Positions 9,177 to 18,903 of a stretch of DNA of 64,000 bases are shown here, piece after piece (the stretch's first letter is position 1; each line of letters opens with the position of its first letter). The stretch comes from an uncultured bacterium. GTDB taxonomy: Bacteria > Patescibacteriota > Patescibacteriia > CAIQCM01. Location: the NCBI GenBank assembly GCA_963708045.1, contig OY970181.1, positions 515,740-579,739 of the forward strand. The letters run 5' to 3'. The notes under the pieces are model-generated. The model saw only the letters and a list, made by a program, of their open reading frames with translations, made no database searches and was not told the DNA's origin. The position numbers and the translations under genes are program-made.

Positions 9177-10241
9177 ATGTCCGAAATAGAACAATTGGAA
9201 AAATTGATCGCCGTGGCGGTTTTGAAAATGAGTACCGCCGGCGAAGAAGAGCTAAGCGGCATTGAAATGTCCTTACTCGGAAGAAAGGGCGAACTTAATC
9301 GTTTGCTCGCGATTTTGCCAACCCTGCCCGCGGAAAAACGCTCGGCTTTTGGCGCCGCCGCGAACGCGGCCAAAGCAAAAATCAGTGACGAGATTGCTCG
9401 CCGTCGCAAAGAGTTGTCGTCCGAATTTTCCTCCGAACTCGCGAAAAAGGAAAAAATTGACGTGACCGAACCGGGCGCGGAAGGTGCGGTTGGACACAAG
9501 CACTTGGTGAGCGCGGCAATAGAGGATATGGCGCGGATTTTTGAACGGATCGGTTTTCATCGCGAACGCTATAACGAAGCTGATTATGACCACTATGCTT
9601 TTGAAGCGCTGAATGTTCCCGACGATCACCCGGCGCGCGACGATTGGGAAACGTTTTTTTTGGACGCGCCGAACAATAAAAAATACGGACGTCTTTTGCT
9701 TACCCCGCATACTTCAAATTCACAAGTTCACGAAATGGAGCGCCGCGAGCCGCCGATTCGGTTGGTTGCTTTCAGCAAGTGCTATCGTCGCCAAGCCGAC
9801 CTTACCCATCTTCCAATGTTTCATCAGTTTGAAGGTTTGGTTATAGATCGCGGAATTGCTTTAACGCATCTTAAGGGCGTTTTGGATCATTTCGCGAAAA
9901 ATTATTTTGGGGCTGGAAGAAAAACGCGTTTGCGGCCGCATCATTTTAAATTTACCGAGCCGAGTTTTGAAGTGGATATTTCTTGCGATCTTTGCAATGG
10001 AACAGGGTTTGTAGAAAATGGAATGCCATGTCGCGTTTGCAAATCGGGCTGGTTGGAGCTTGGCGGCGCGGGGATGGTGCATCCAAACGTGCTTCGTGCT
10101 GGGGGAATTGATCCCAAAGAATGGAGTGGCCTAGCTTTTGGCTGGGGCGTAGAGCGAACAATGATGATGCGCTCTGGTATGCGCATTCCCGACATTCGGA
10201 TGATTTACGACAACGACCTTCGCTTTCTAAAACAATTCTAA
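9177..10241 (+). CDS. pheS: phenylalanine--tRNA ligase alpha subunit
   Basis: Class II aaRS motifs FKFTEPSFEVD and GWLELGGAGMVHPNVL; Cys4 insertion as in many bacterial PheS; C-terminal NDLRFLKQF. Confidence 0.95.
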   Translation: MSEIEQLEKLIAVAVLKMSTAGEEELSGIEMSLLGRKGELNRLLAILPTLPAEKRSAFGAAANAAKAKISDEIARRRKELSSEFSSELAKKEKIDVTEPGAEGAVGHKHLVSAAIEDMARIFERIGFHRERYNEADYDHYAFEALNVPDDHPARDDWETFFLDAPNNKKYGRLLLTPHTSNSQVHEMERREPPIRLVAFSKCYRRQADLTHLPMFHQFEGLVIDRGIALTHLKGVLDHFAKNYFGAGRKTRLRPHHFKFTEPSFEVDISCDLCNGTGFVENGMPCRVCKSGWLELGGAGMVHPNVLRAGGIDPKEWSGLAFGWGVERTMMMRSGMRIPDIRMIYDNDLRFLKQF

Positions 10242-10242
10242 A

Positions 10243-10578
10243 ATGAAATACATTCTCTTTATCATCATTGCCCAAGCCGCCTACTCCATTGGCGATGTCG
10301 TCCGAAAACTTGTGATGCACGACCAGCCGTTTGGATGGAATTTATTCAGTTCAATGCCATTTGCTTTTTCTTTTCTCGTCACCTCGGCCGCCTTTGTGCT
10401 GCAGTTATATGTTCTTAAAAATTATGATCTCTCAAAAACCATTGTTGTTTTGGGTTGCGCGGCGATAATTTTTTCCGAAATTTTGGGGGCGTTGGTTTTT
10501 AACGAAAAGGTCAATGTCTATGGTTGGGCGGGCGTTGGTTTTGCCATTCTCGCCATCATCTTTACCCATATTGGATAA
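10243..10578 (+). CDS. small 4-TM membrane protein (SMR/EamA-like fold) wedged between pheS and pheT
   Basis: 111 aa with four predicted hydrophobic helices; 1-nt and 3-nt spacers to the flanking genes. Confidence 0.4.
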   Translation: MKYILFIIIAQAAYSIGDVVRKLVMHDQPFGWNLFSSMPFAFSFLVTSAAFVLQLYVLKNYDLSKTIVVLGCAAIIFSEILGALVFNEKVNVYGWAGVGFAILAIIFTHIG

Positions 10579-10581
10579 ATT

Positions 10582-13005
10582 ATGAATATTTTAGTTTCCG
10601 ATAAGTGGCTTCGTGAATACGTTAAAATGAAGCAAAATCCCGAAGAATTTGCCGCGCTTATTTCTAAAGCCGGTCCTTCGGTTGAACGGATTGCCAAACT
10701 TGGCGCGGACTTGGATAAAGTCGTTGTCGGGAAAATTTTGTCGCTTACAAAACATCCGAATGCTGACAAGCTTAGGTTGACAGTGATTGATGTTGGGAAT
10801 AAAAAACTCAACATTGTTTGCGGCGGCGTTAATCTTTATGAAAATCAACTGGTCGCCGTCGCACTTGTGGGCGCCCGCGTGCGTTGGTCTGGAAAAGGTG
10901 AACTCATGGCGTTAGAACCGGCGACGATTCGCGGTGTTGCTTCCGAAGGAATGATTTGTGGCGCAAACGAGATTGGTCTTGTTGATCGTTTCCCGGCTAA
11001 AGAGGAAAAAGAGATCGTTGACCTCACGGCATTTGGATACAAACCCGGGACGCCGCTCGCTACCGCTCTTGGACTGAACGACTGCGTTTATGATATTGAA
11101 GTGACTAGCAACCGTCCGGACGCGCTTGGTATTGTTGGCTTGGCGCGCGAGGCGGCGGCGGCAACTGGCGGGGAATTTTTATGGAAAGAGTCGGTTTTAA
11201 AAGTTTCCGCCAAAGGTGGATCTGCTTCGAGTAGAAACAATTCTAAGTTAAAAGTTAATATTCAAACCAAGAAAAATTGCTTGCGCTTTCAAAGCGCGGT
11301 GATTGAAGACGTAACGGTCGGCGCATCGCCCGCGTGGATGCAGGGCAGGCTTATTGCCGCCGGATTGCGGCCGATCAATACGATTGTGGATATTACGAAT
11401 TACGTGATGTTAGAATTTGGTCAGCCGCTTCATGCTTTTGACGAAGCAGCTGTGCCTGGCCGCGTCATCAAAGTGCGCGAGGCAACGGAAGGAGAAAAGA
11501 TCGTCGCCCTCAACGGCAAGGAATATGCTCTGAAGCCGGGGATGATGGTCGTTGCGAATGCGACGACGCCGCTTGATATTGCCGGGATAATGGGCGGCAA
11601 GGGGAGTGGGACGACGGTGCAGACAAAAAATATAATTTTGATCTCGGCTTGCTTTAGCGGTCTTTCTGTTCGCCGCACCGGCCGCGCGCTTAACTTGCGT
11701 TCCGATGCCGCGATGCGTTTTGAGAAGAATATACCACAAGGACTTACCGCACCAGCGATTGCGCGCGCCGCTGAACTGGTGCTTTCGCTTTGTGGTGGGA
11801 AGATAACCGCAATTAGTGATGTTGCTTCCCAAAAACAAACCCCTAAGCACATCGTGGTCTCGCTAAAAGATCTTTGTGCAAAAATTGGCGTCAATTTGTC
11901 CGCCGCCATCGTTAAAAAATATTTGTTGGCACTTGGTTTTGCGGTTACGGCGACGGCAAAAAATATTTCTGTTCGTGTTCCGTATTGGCGCGAAGGCGAT
12001 ATTTGTATCCCCGAAGATTTAATTGAAGAAGTCGCCCGTCTTTATGGCTATGAGCGCTTACCGTCCTTGCTTCCGCCAAATGCTGTTTCGGGCGAAGCGC
12101 CAAATCCAATTTTTGACGCCGAGGACGTAGTCCGTAACTCTCTCGTTAATGCTGGTGCGACCGAGCTTATTAGTATTTCCCTTGTTGGCGATGAGCTGGT
12201 TAAAAAAAGTTGCGAAGCAGACGCGCCGGCAATGCGTTTGGCAAACCCACTTAATAACGAAATGACAATTTTGCGGCCGTCGCATCGCGCTCGTCTTTTG
12301 GAATGCGCGAGCCGGAACGAAAAAATTTCTGGCGCTGGCGAAGTTTTTGAGATCGGCAATGTTTTTGTTCCCGATGCCGACACCGATCGCACGCCCTTGG
12401 AAATTTTAAGTCTTGGTATTGCCGTGTGGGGCAAAGACGAAACGGGTACACAATTTTATCGCGCCAAGGGGTTGCTTACTCGCGCGGCTTTGGCAACCGG
12501 CACAACCCTAACTTTTGGCAAAGATTTTCCCAAAGACGGTTTTTGGCATCCTGGTCGCAGTGCCTCGGTGCATCTTGGCGCGGCGGTAATCGGCACGGTT
12601 GGTGAATTGTCGCCCGAAGCGCTGAGTGCGGCGGGAATAGAATCGCGCGTTGCTTTGACGCTTGTTGATTTTAAGGAGCTGGTGCGGAGCGGATCAAAAA
12701 ATCCTAAGTTTGCTGGTATTCCTCCGTTTCCGCCAGTACTGCGCGATGTCGCCTTTATTTTGCCGCGCGAGGCGGAGCACGAATTTCTCGTCGCCGCCTT
12801 TTTAGCCGTTCATCCGCTCATTGTTTCCGTTGAACTGTTTGATCGTTATGAAGGTAAAAATATGCCTGAGGGTAAGAAGAGTTTGGCCTATCACTTGGCT
12901 TATCAGTCGCCCGAACGCACGCTAACTTCCGAAGAAGTTGAAGTTGTTCATGCTAAGGTTTTAAAAATGCTTGAAAATAAATTTGGCGCCGTAATCAGAA
13001 CATAA
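10582..13005 (+). CDS. pheT: phenylalanine--tRNA ligase beta subunit
   Basis: N-terminal tRNA-binding domain (KHPNADKLRLTVIDVG); B3/4 and B5 domains; FDRYEGK C-terminal anticodon-binding region. Confidence 0.95.
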   Translation: MNILVSDKWLREYVKMKQNPEEFAALISKAGPSVERIAKLGADLDKVVVGKILSLTKHPNADKLRLTVIDVGNKKLNIVCGGVNLYENQLVAVALVGARVRWSGKGELMALEPATIRGVASEGMICGANEIGLVDRFPAKEEKEIVDLTAFGYKPGTPLATALGLNDCVYDIEVTSNRPDALGIVGLAREAAAATGGEFLWKESVLKVSAKGGSASSRNNSKLKVNIQTKKNCLRFQSAVIEDVTVGASPAWMQGRLIAAGLRPINTIVDITNYVMLEFGQPLHAFDEAAVPGRVIKVREATEGEKIVALNGKEYALKPGMMVVANATTPLDIAGIMGGKGSGTTVQTKNIILISACFSGLSVRRTGRALNLRSDAAMRFEKNIPQGLTAPAIARAAELVLSLCGGKITAISDVASQKQTPKHIVVSLKDLCAKIGVNLSAAIVKKYLLALGFAVTATAKNISVRVPYWREGDICIPEDLIEEVARLYGYERLPSLLPPNAVSGEAPNPIFDAEDVVRNSLVNAGATELISISLVGDELVKKSCEADAPAMRLANPLNNEMTILRPSHRARLLECASRNEKISGAGEVFEIGNVFVPDADTDRTPLEILSLGIAVWGKDETGTQFYRAKGLLTRAALATGTTLTFGKDFPKDGFWHPGRSASVHLGAAVIGTVGELSPEALSAAGIESRVALTLVDFKELVRSGSKNPKFAGIPPFPPVLRDVAFILPREAEHEFLVAAFLAVHPLIVSVELFDRYEGKNMPEGKKSLAYHLAYQSPERTLTSEEVEVVHAKVLKMLENKFGAVIRT

Positions 13006-13038
13006 ACGTCGTCTAAAAAAATTTTAAAAATTAAAAAT

Positions 13039-13608
13039 ATGAATGAACAAATATTGTCCTCACCGCTCATTGGCAAAACCATTCCCGATTTTGACTTAGA
13101 TGTTTTGAACGGCGAAAGCATTGATCGTGTCAGTTTAACGTCATTTCGCGGCAAGTGGCTGGTTCTTTTCTTTTATCCTGGCGATTTTACTTTCGTTTGT
13201 CCGACCGAGCTTCACGAGATTGCGACAATCTATAAAGATTTTCAGGATCAAAAAGCGGTTGTTGCGAGCGTTAGTTGCGATTCGGTTTATTCGCATCGTG
13301 CTTGGCACGATAGTTCCGAATCAATCAAAATCGTTAACTTCCCGATGCTATCCGACAAAGCCGGCGTTCTTTCAAAAATGCTTGGCGTTTACTTGGATGG
13401 CCAAGGTGTGTCTTTGCGCGCAACGTTCATCATTGATCCTAAGGGCGTTATTCGGGCGATGGAAGTGAACGACAACAGCATTGGCCGCTCAGCATCTGAG
13501 CTTCTGCGCAAACTTCAGGCCGCCAAATACGTTGAAGATCATAAAGGCGAACTTTGTCCGGCAAGCTGGCACCCTGGAAGCGAAACTATCAAACCCGAGA
13601 CGCTTTAA
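13039..13608 (+). CDS. 2-Cys peroxiredoxin (AhpC/TSA family)
   Basis: FYPGDFTFVCPTE peroxidatic Cys motif; C-terminal resolving Cys (ELCPASWHPG). Confidence 0.9.
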   Translation: MNEQILSSPLIGKTIPDFDLDVLNGESIDRVSLTSFRGKWLVLFFYPGDFTFVCPTELHEIATIYKDFQDQKAVVASVSCDSVYSHRAWHDSSESIKIVNFPMLSDKAGVLSKMLGVYLDGQGVSLRATFIIDPKGVIRAMEVNDNSIGRSASELLRKLQAAKYVEDHKGELCPASWHPGSETIKPETL

Positions 13609-13621
13609 TTAAAAATTTTTT

Positions 13622-13651
13622 AAAACACTCCGATGGCCATCGGAGTGTTTT
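13622..13651 (+). terminator. intrinsic terminator, 30-nt perfect palindrome with the core CCGATGGCCATCGG
   Basis: aaaacactccgatgg|ccatcggagtgtttt followed by a T-run; downstream of the peroxiredoxin gene. Confidence 0.75.
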
Positions 13652-13687
13652 TTATCCACACGCCAAAGAGTGGTATAATAAATAACT

Positions 13688-13969
13688 ATGTATTTTGCAA
13701 CTTCAAAAGACGTTTTATTCATTGTCCTGGCCTTTGCCGTGCTTTGGCTCGCGATCTTTCTTTCCTGGGCGCTTTATTACCTCATCTGCATCCTCAAGGA
13801 CGCGCGCGACACGGTTAATGGTATTCGCCGCGCTTCGGACGCAATCGAGTCCGCCGCCGGGCACTTTAAAGGCAAATTTGAATCGCTTCTTAACATTGTT
13901 TCGGTTATGGGCGAGGGCTTTCAAATGTTTATGAACCGCGCCGGGGGATCGGGGAAGAAAAAGAAATAA
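13688..13969 (+). CDS. hypothetical small membrane protein
   Basis: 93 aa; one or two hydrophobic helices; lysine-rich C-terminus; no known motif. Confidence 0.3.
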   Translation: MYFATSKDVLFIVLAFAVLWLAIFLSWALYYLICILKDARDTVNGIRRASDAIESAAGHFKGKFESLLNIVSVMGEGFQMFMNRAGGSGKKKK

Positions 13970-14001
13970 ATCCAAATTCACACATAAGATTAAATAGACG
14001 C

Positions 14002-14028
14002 CAAGGCGTCTATTTTTTCGGATTAGAT
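14002..14028 (+). terminator. intrinsic terminator hairpin (aaatagacgcc aa ggcgtctattt)
   Basis: 11-bp stem plus a T6 run; followed by 4 tandem heptamers ATTAGAY at 14032-14059. Confidence 0.7.
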
Positions 14029-14112
14029 ATTAGTCATTAGACATTAGATATTCAACAGGGTAATGTATACCAATTATTCCTCCATCCCCACGGGCTATAA
14101 GCCATCAGCCAT

Positions 14113-17100
14113 ATGCCAAGGTTTGTCCACCTCCACGTCCACACTCATTACTCGCTTTTGGACGGTTTAACGCAAATTGATCCGCTTATTGCCAAGGTCA
14201 AAGAACACGGCATGGATGCCGTGGCGATAACCGACCATGGGGCAATGTATGGCGCGATAGAATTTTATTTGGCGTGCAAGAAAAAGGAAATCAAGCCGCT
14301 CATTGGAATGGAAGCGTACGTGGCGCCTAAGTCGCGTTTTGAAAAGTCTGGTCGCGGCGGCGAAAATGACACTTCGCATTTAACGCTCATTGCGAAAAAT
14401 ATTACCGGCTATCGCAATTTGATGAAGCTTGCGACCAAAGCTTCGCTTGAAGGATTTTATTATAAACCTAGAGTTGACCACGAACTCCTTGCCGAATTTG
14501 GCGAGGGGATTGTCGCACTTTCGGGCTGTATGAATGGCGAGGTTCCCAAGGCGATTCTTGGCGGCGATCTTTCGCGCGCGCGCGACCTTGTCAAAAGATA
14601 CAAAAGTTATTTTGGCGAAAATTTTTTTCTGGAGATTCAATATCACCCGACGGTTTCGGAACAAGAAATCGCCAACCAAGGGCTTTATAAATTGTCGCAG
14701 GAATTCGGCATTCCGCTCGTCGCGACCCAAGACTCGCATTATCTTAATCCTGACGACAACGAAGCGCAGGATATTTTGGTTTGCGTGCAGACGGGGAAAA
14801 CGGTAGACGATCCGAAGCGTTTGGATATGCGCGGGATGGACGTCAGCTTTCCCTCGGGCGCGATTATGGAAGAAAACTTTCGCGCCTATCCCGGGTCTTG
14901 TGAAATGACCGGCAAGATCGCCGACCTCGTTGATTTACAGTTGGACTTGGGTAAGTGGGTATTTCCGGCCTTTACGCCGCCGGGCGGACTGTCGGCTAAA
15001 GATTATTTGGACAAACATTCGCACGAAATGTTGGACGCGAAATATGGCGGCAAAGCGCCCAAGGAAGTCGTTGACCGTTTGGAATACGAACTGGGAATTA
15101 TTTCTAAAAAAGGTTATGACCCTTATTTCCTTGTCGTTGCCGACTACACCAACTGGGCGCGGTCAAAGGGAATTGTTTCAACCACTCGCGGTTCGGCCGC
15201 CGGTTCGCTCGTGTCTTATGTAATCGGAATTTCCCAAATCAATCCGTTATTTTTTAAATTGCCTTTTGAACGTTTTTTAAACCCGTTCCGTCCGTCGCCA
15301 CCGGATATTGATATGGACTTTGCCGACAACCGCCGCGAAGAAGTTTTGGAATACGTCAAAGAAAAATATGGTGCCGACAAGGTCGCGCAGATCTGCACTT
15401 TTGGAACAATGCAGGCGCGTGCCGCGGTTCGCGATGTCACTCGCGCGCTCGGACTTCCTTACGCCTTTGGCGATCGCGTGGCAAAATTGATTCCGCAGGG
15501 CGCACAGGGTTTTCCAATGACAATTGACCGGGCAATAGAAGAAACACCCGAGCTCAAAGAGTTGGTTAGTCGCGACCCCGACGCCAAGCGCGTCATTGAT
15601 CTCGCAGAAAAAGTTGAAGGCTGTGTTCGCCACTCGTCGGTGCACGCCGCCGGTGTTGTAATCGCGCCGTCACCCTTAACCGATTTTACGCCGCTTCAAA
15701 AAGAATCCGGCGGCGGCGACAAAATTATCACCCAATACGATATGAACGCGGTGGAGCTTTCGGGCACGCTCAAGATGGACTTTCTCGGCATCAGAAACTT
15801 GTCCATTCTCGGTAACGCCATTTTTCTCGTTAAACAGACCAAAGGCATTGACGTTGATTTGGTGAATTTGCCACTTGAAGACAAAAAAACTTTTGAAATG
15901 CTTAGCCGCGGCGAAACTTTTGGCGTTTTCCAACTTTCTGGCGACGGGATGACGCGATATTTAAAAGAGTTGCATCCAACGACGATTTTTGATCTTCAGG
16001 CGATGGTCGCGCTTTATCGCCCGGGCCCGATTGACTCCATTCCGGAATATATTGCGCGTAAAAATGATCCCAAGAAGATTTCGTATCTTGATCCGCGAAT
16101 GAAAGAAATTTTGGATCAGTCGCATGGCGTTATTACATATCAAGACGACGTCCTGCTTATTTCCATCATTCTCGCCGGTTACAGCTGGGAAGAGGCTGAC
16201 AAATTTAGAAAAGCGATGGGCAAAAAGATTCCCGAGGAGATGGCCAAACAAAAGGAAAAATTTTGGAAGGGGATTGTCGCGAATGGCGGCAACGAAAAAT
16301 TGGCTGGCGATCTTTGGAAACTGATTGAACCATTCGCCGCCTACGGTTTTAACAAGGCGCACGCCGCTTCGTACGCGACGGTTGCTTTTGAAACCGCGTA
16401 TATGAAGGCTCATTATCCGGCCGAATATATGACGGCGATTATGACCGCCGAGTCCGATGATTTGGAAAAAGTCGCCGAAGCGGTTACCGAGTGCGGCCGG
16501 ATGGGGGTTTCGGTTTTGCCGCCCGACGTTGGCACTTCGTTTAAGGATTTTACCTACATTGACGACACACACGTTCGTTTCGGATTGCTCGCAATAAAAA
16601 ATATTGGTTCGGACACAGTGGAAAATATTATTGCCGAGCGAAAAAAGAACGGTCCCTTTGTGTCGCTTGAAGATTTTTTAACGCGTCTAGAAGCAAAGTC
16701 GGTTAATCATAAGTCGCTAGAAAGTTTGATCAAGTCGGGCGCGATGGATTCTTTTGGCGAACGCGAAGCGTTACTTGAAGCGATTCCGCAGATGCTGGTT
16801 TTTGCGCGTGAAAATCAAAAAGCGGCGGCGAGCTCGCAGTCTTCACTTTTTGGCGCGATGACACTTCCAGACGCGACGATTCGTCTGCTTCAGAATACTC
16901 AGCCCAACAAGGCCGATCGGCTGGCTTGGGAAAAAGAATTACTCGGTCTTTATGTTTCCGAGCATCCTTGGAAACAATGGGAGACGGTGTTTGCTGGCGT
17001 AACCACGAAAATCTCGGACGCGCTCGCGCTTACCGAAGGGACACTCACGATTGTTGGGGGAGTGATTGCTACCGCCAAAAAGATTTTGACCAAAAAAAAT

Positions 17101-17568
17101 GAGACCATGCTTTTTGTTAAGCTGGAAGACACGAATGGTTCCACCGAGATAATCGTTTTTCCGTCGGTTTATAAAATGGCACCCCAGCTGTGGGATCCGG
17201 ACCGACCGATTGTGGTTGAAGGAAAAATTTCTTCCAAAGATGGCGTGCCAAAAATTATTGCCGGCCGCGCGGAAGTGGTTATTCCGCAAACGGTGGCGAG
17301 AATTAAAGAAGATTTTGGCCGAATGCGTCAGGTTATGCGCGCGTCCGCGGAACCAATTCCGCAGAAAATTTTTTCGTTGCAAATTCCGGCGACCTTGTCC
17401 CGCGAAACGGTTGCTTTGCTACGCGCCGTTTTTGCCAAATATCCGGGTGACACTATTGTTGAATTGGCTTATGCCGAAAACGGCCGCTCTAGGAAAGTGC
17501 ACACCTCGTACATGGTGACCCCGAGCGAAGAATTTAACAATGAAATCGCGCAAACTTTAAAGAAATAG
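14113..17568 (+). CDS. dnaE: DNA polymerase III alpha subunit
   Basis: N-terminal PHP domain (HLHVHTHYSLLDG); polymerase core, OB fold; 1151 aa. Confidence 0.95.
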   Translation: MPRFVHLHVHTHYSLLDGLTQIDPLIAKVKEHGMDAVAITDHGAMYGAIEFYLACKKKEIKPLIGMEAYVAPKSRFEKSGRGGENDTSHLTLIAKNITGYRNLMKLATKASLEGFYYKPRVDHELLAEFGEGIVALSGCMNGEVPKAILGGDLSRARDLVKRYKSYFGENFFLEIQYHPTVSEQEIANQGLYKLSQEFGIPLVATQDSHYLNPDDNEAQDILVCVQTGKTVDDPKRLDMRGMDVSFPSGAIMEENFRAYPGSCEMTGKIADLVDLQLDLGKWVFPAFTPPGGLSAKDYLDKHSHEMLDAKYGGKAPKEVVDRLEYELGIISKKGYDPYFLVVADYTNWARSKGIVSTTRGSAAGSLVSYVIGISQINPLFFKLPFERFLNPFRPSPPDIDMDFADNRREEVLEYVKEKYGADKVAQICTFGTMQARAAVRDVTRALGLPYAFGDRVAKLIPQGAQGFPMTIDRAIEETPELKELVSRDPDAKRVIDLAEKVEGCVRHSSVHAAGVVIAPSPLTDFTPLQKESGGGDKIITQYDMNAVELSGTLKMDFLGIRNLSILGNAIFLVKQTKGIDVDLVNLPLEDKKTFEMLSRGETFGVFQLSGDGMTRYLKELHPTTIFDLQAMVALYRPGPIDSIPEYIARKNDPKKISYLDPRMKEILDQSHGVITYQDDVLLISIILAGYSWEEADKFRKAMGKKIPEEMAKQKEKFWKGIVANGGNEKLAGDLWKLIEPFAAYGFNKAHAASYATVAFETAYMKAHYPAEYMTAIMTAESDDLEKVAEAVTECGRMGVSVLPPDVGTSFKDFTYIDDTHVRFGLLAIKNIGSDTVENIIAERKKNGPFVSLEDFLTRLEAKSVNHKSLESLIKSGAMDSFGEREALLEAIPQMLVFARENQKAAASSQSSLFGAMTLPDATIRLLQNTQPNKADRLAWEKELLGLYVSEHPWKQWETVFAGVTTKISDALALTEGTLTIVGGVIATAKKILTKKNETMLFVKLEDTNGSTEIIVFPSVYKMAPQLWDPDRPIVVEGKISSKDGVPKIIAGRAEVVIPQTVARIKEDFGRMRQVMRASAEPIPQKIFSLQIPATLSRETVALLRAVFAKYPGDTIVELAYAENGRSRKVHTSYMVTPSEEFNNEIAQTLKK

Positions 17569-17606
17569 CTTTGTTTTCCCAAAGTTCATTATTAAAACGA
17601 TGTTTG

Positions 17607-17615
17607 TGGTATAAT
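17607..17615 (+). promoter_or_regulatory. extended -10 promoter element (TGgTATAAT) for the gene at 17647
   Basis: TGnTATAAT about 30 nt upstream of the ATG; GGAG Shine-Dalgarno at 17636-17639. Confidence 0.5.
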
Positions 17616-17646
17616 ATTTATTAGAATTAAGAGATTGGAGATAAAA

Positions 17647-18804
17647 ATAAATATGCCCAAAGATCAAATAACGCATCCGCATCACCGCAACCTGTCGGTA
17701 AAAGTTTACAAAAAAATCGCGATTATTTTTTTGGGACCGGTTTTGATTTTGGCCGGCGTGGTTTTGGCGGCAACACTTTCTCGGGCGACAATTACCGTTA
17801 CCGCTAACCAAATTCCTGTTAGCGCCCCGGCAAAAATAAATATCGCGGGCGAGGAATCTATGTTGGATACGGTGCTTGGAAAAGTTTTTAAAACAACACT
17901 AGAAGACACAAAAACGGTTACGCCAAAAGGCAGTGGCGTCGTTAAGGACGAGCTAGCGACGGGTACGGTCGCGTTAATTAATAAGCGTGCTTCGGCGCAG
18001 ACGCTTATTCCAACAACGCGGCTTTTAACCGATACCGGCATCCTTTTTCGGATTAAAGACAGAGTAAATATTCCGGCCGGCGGCGAACTTAAAAATGTCG
18101 CGGTCTATGCCGACAAGCCGGGTGCTTTGGGTAATATTTCCGCAACAACTTTTACGATCCCTGGTCTTCCCGTCGCGCTTCAGAAAAGCGTTTACGCTGT
18201 TTCTACCGCGCCGATGACTGGCGGTACGGTGACGGTTGTTGGCGTTTCAAACGATGATATAAATAACGCGATCGCTGATCTTAATACCCAACTCGCGGCT
18301 AAGGCGATAGAATCTTTTTCCGACGCCATAAAAAAATCCGGCTACGATGGGATTGTTTCAAAAACTGACGAAGTATCAAGATTGGTTTCGGCCAAAGTCG
18401 GCGATACGGTAGACGCGTTTACGATTCAATATAAAGCGACTATTACCGCTGTTGCTTTTGATCGTTCTAAATTTACCAAAATTGCGGAGGGGGTTGCTCA
18501 CCAGGCGATTCCATCGGACACCGAACTTAAAACATCAAACGCCGCGACGGTAATTCCCGTTATTCAAAACGCCGACGCTAGCGCCGGAACAGCAACCTTA
18601 GTCGCTAATCTTTCTGGCACGGCAACGCTTTCGGCCGATAATTCAATTTTAAATAAAGAACGTCTTGCGGGGCTTAATGCCGATACGGTTGTCGGATATT
18701 TAAAAAGTTTTAGCGCTGTTTCCGACGCTAAAGTTTCTCTTTGGCCATTCTGGGTGCACAAAACGCCGTCGCTTAAGAGTCATATTCAGGTTAAGGTTGA
18801 ATAA
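17647..18804 (+). CDS. hypothetical membrane-anchored extracytoplasmic protein
   Basis: SD-supported ATG at 17647 (the track start at 17635 is less likely); N-terminal TM helix; Thr/Val/Ala-rich beta-like repeats; no known domain. Confidence 0.45.
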   Translation: MNMPKDQITHPHHRNLSVKVYKKIAIIFLGPVLILAGVVLAATLSRATITVTANQIPVSAPAKINIAGEESMLDTVLGKVFKTTLEDTKTVTPKGSGVVKDELATGTVALINKRASAQTLIPTTRLLTDTGILFRIKDRVNIPAGGELKNVAVYADKPGALGNISATTFTIPGLPVALQKSVYAVSTAPMTGGTVTVVGVSNDDINNAIADLNTQLAAKAIESFSDAIKKSGYDGIVSKTDEVSRLVSAKVGDTVDAFTIQYKATITAVAFDRSKFTKIAEGVAHQAIPSDTELKTSNAATVIPVIQNADASAGTATLVANLSGTATLSADNSILNKERLAGLNADTVVGYLKSFSAVSDAKVSLWPFWVHKTPSLKSHIQVKVE

Positions 18805-18824
18805 TTTTAAAGTAATTGCGTAAT

Positions 18825-18854
18825 AAAATAGCCCGGCTTATACCGGGTTATTTT
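18825..18854 (+). terminator. intrinsic terminator hairpin (aaaatagcccgg cttata ccgggttatttt)
   Basis: 12-bp stem (one G-U pair) with flanking A/T tracts. Confidence 0.7.
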
Positions 18855-18903
18855 ATTAGACATAAAGACTGAAAAATTGTAAGATATTGGCTTAACCAAA
18901 CAT

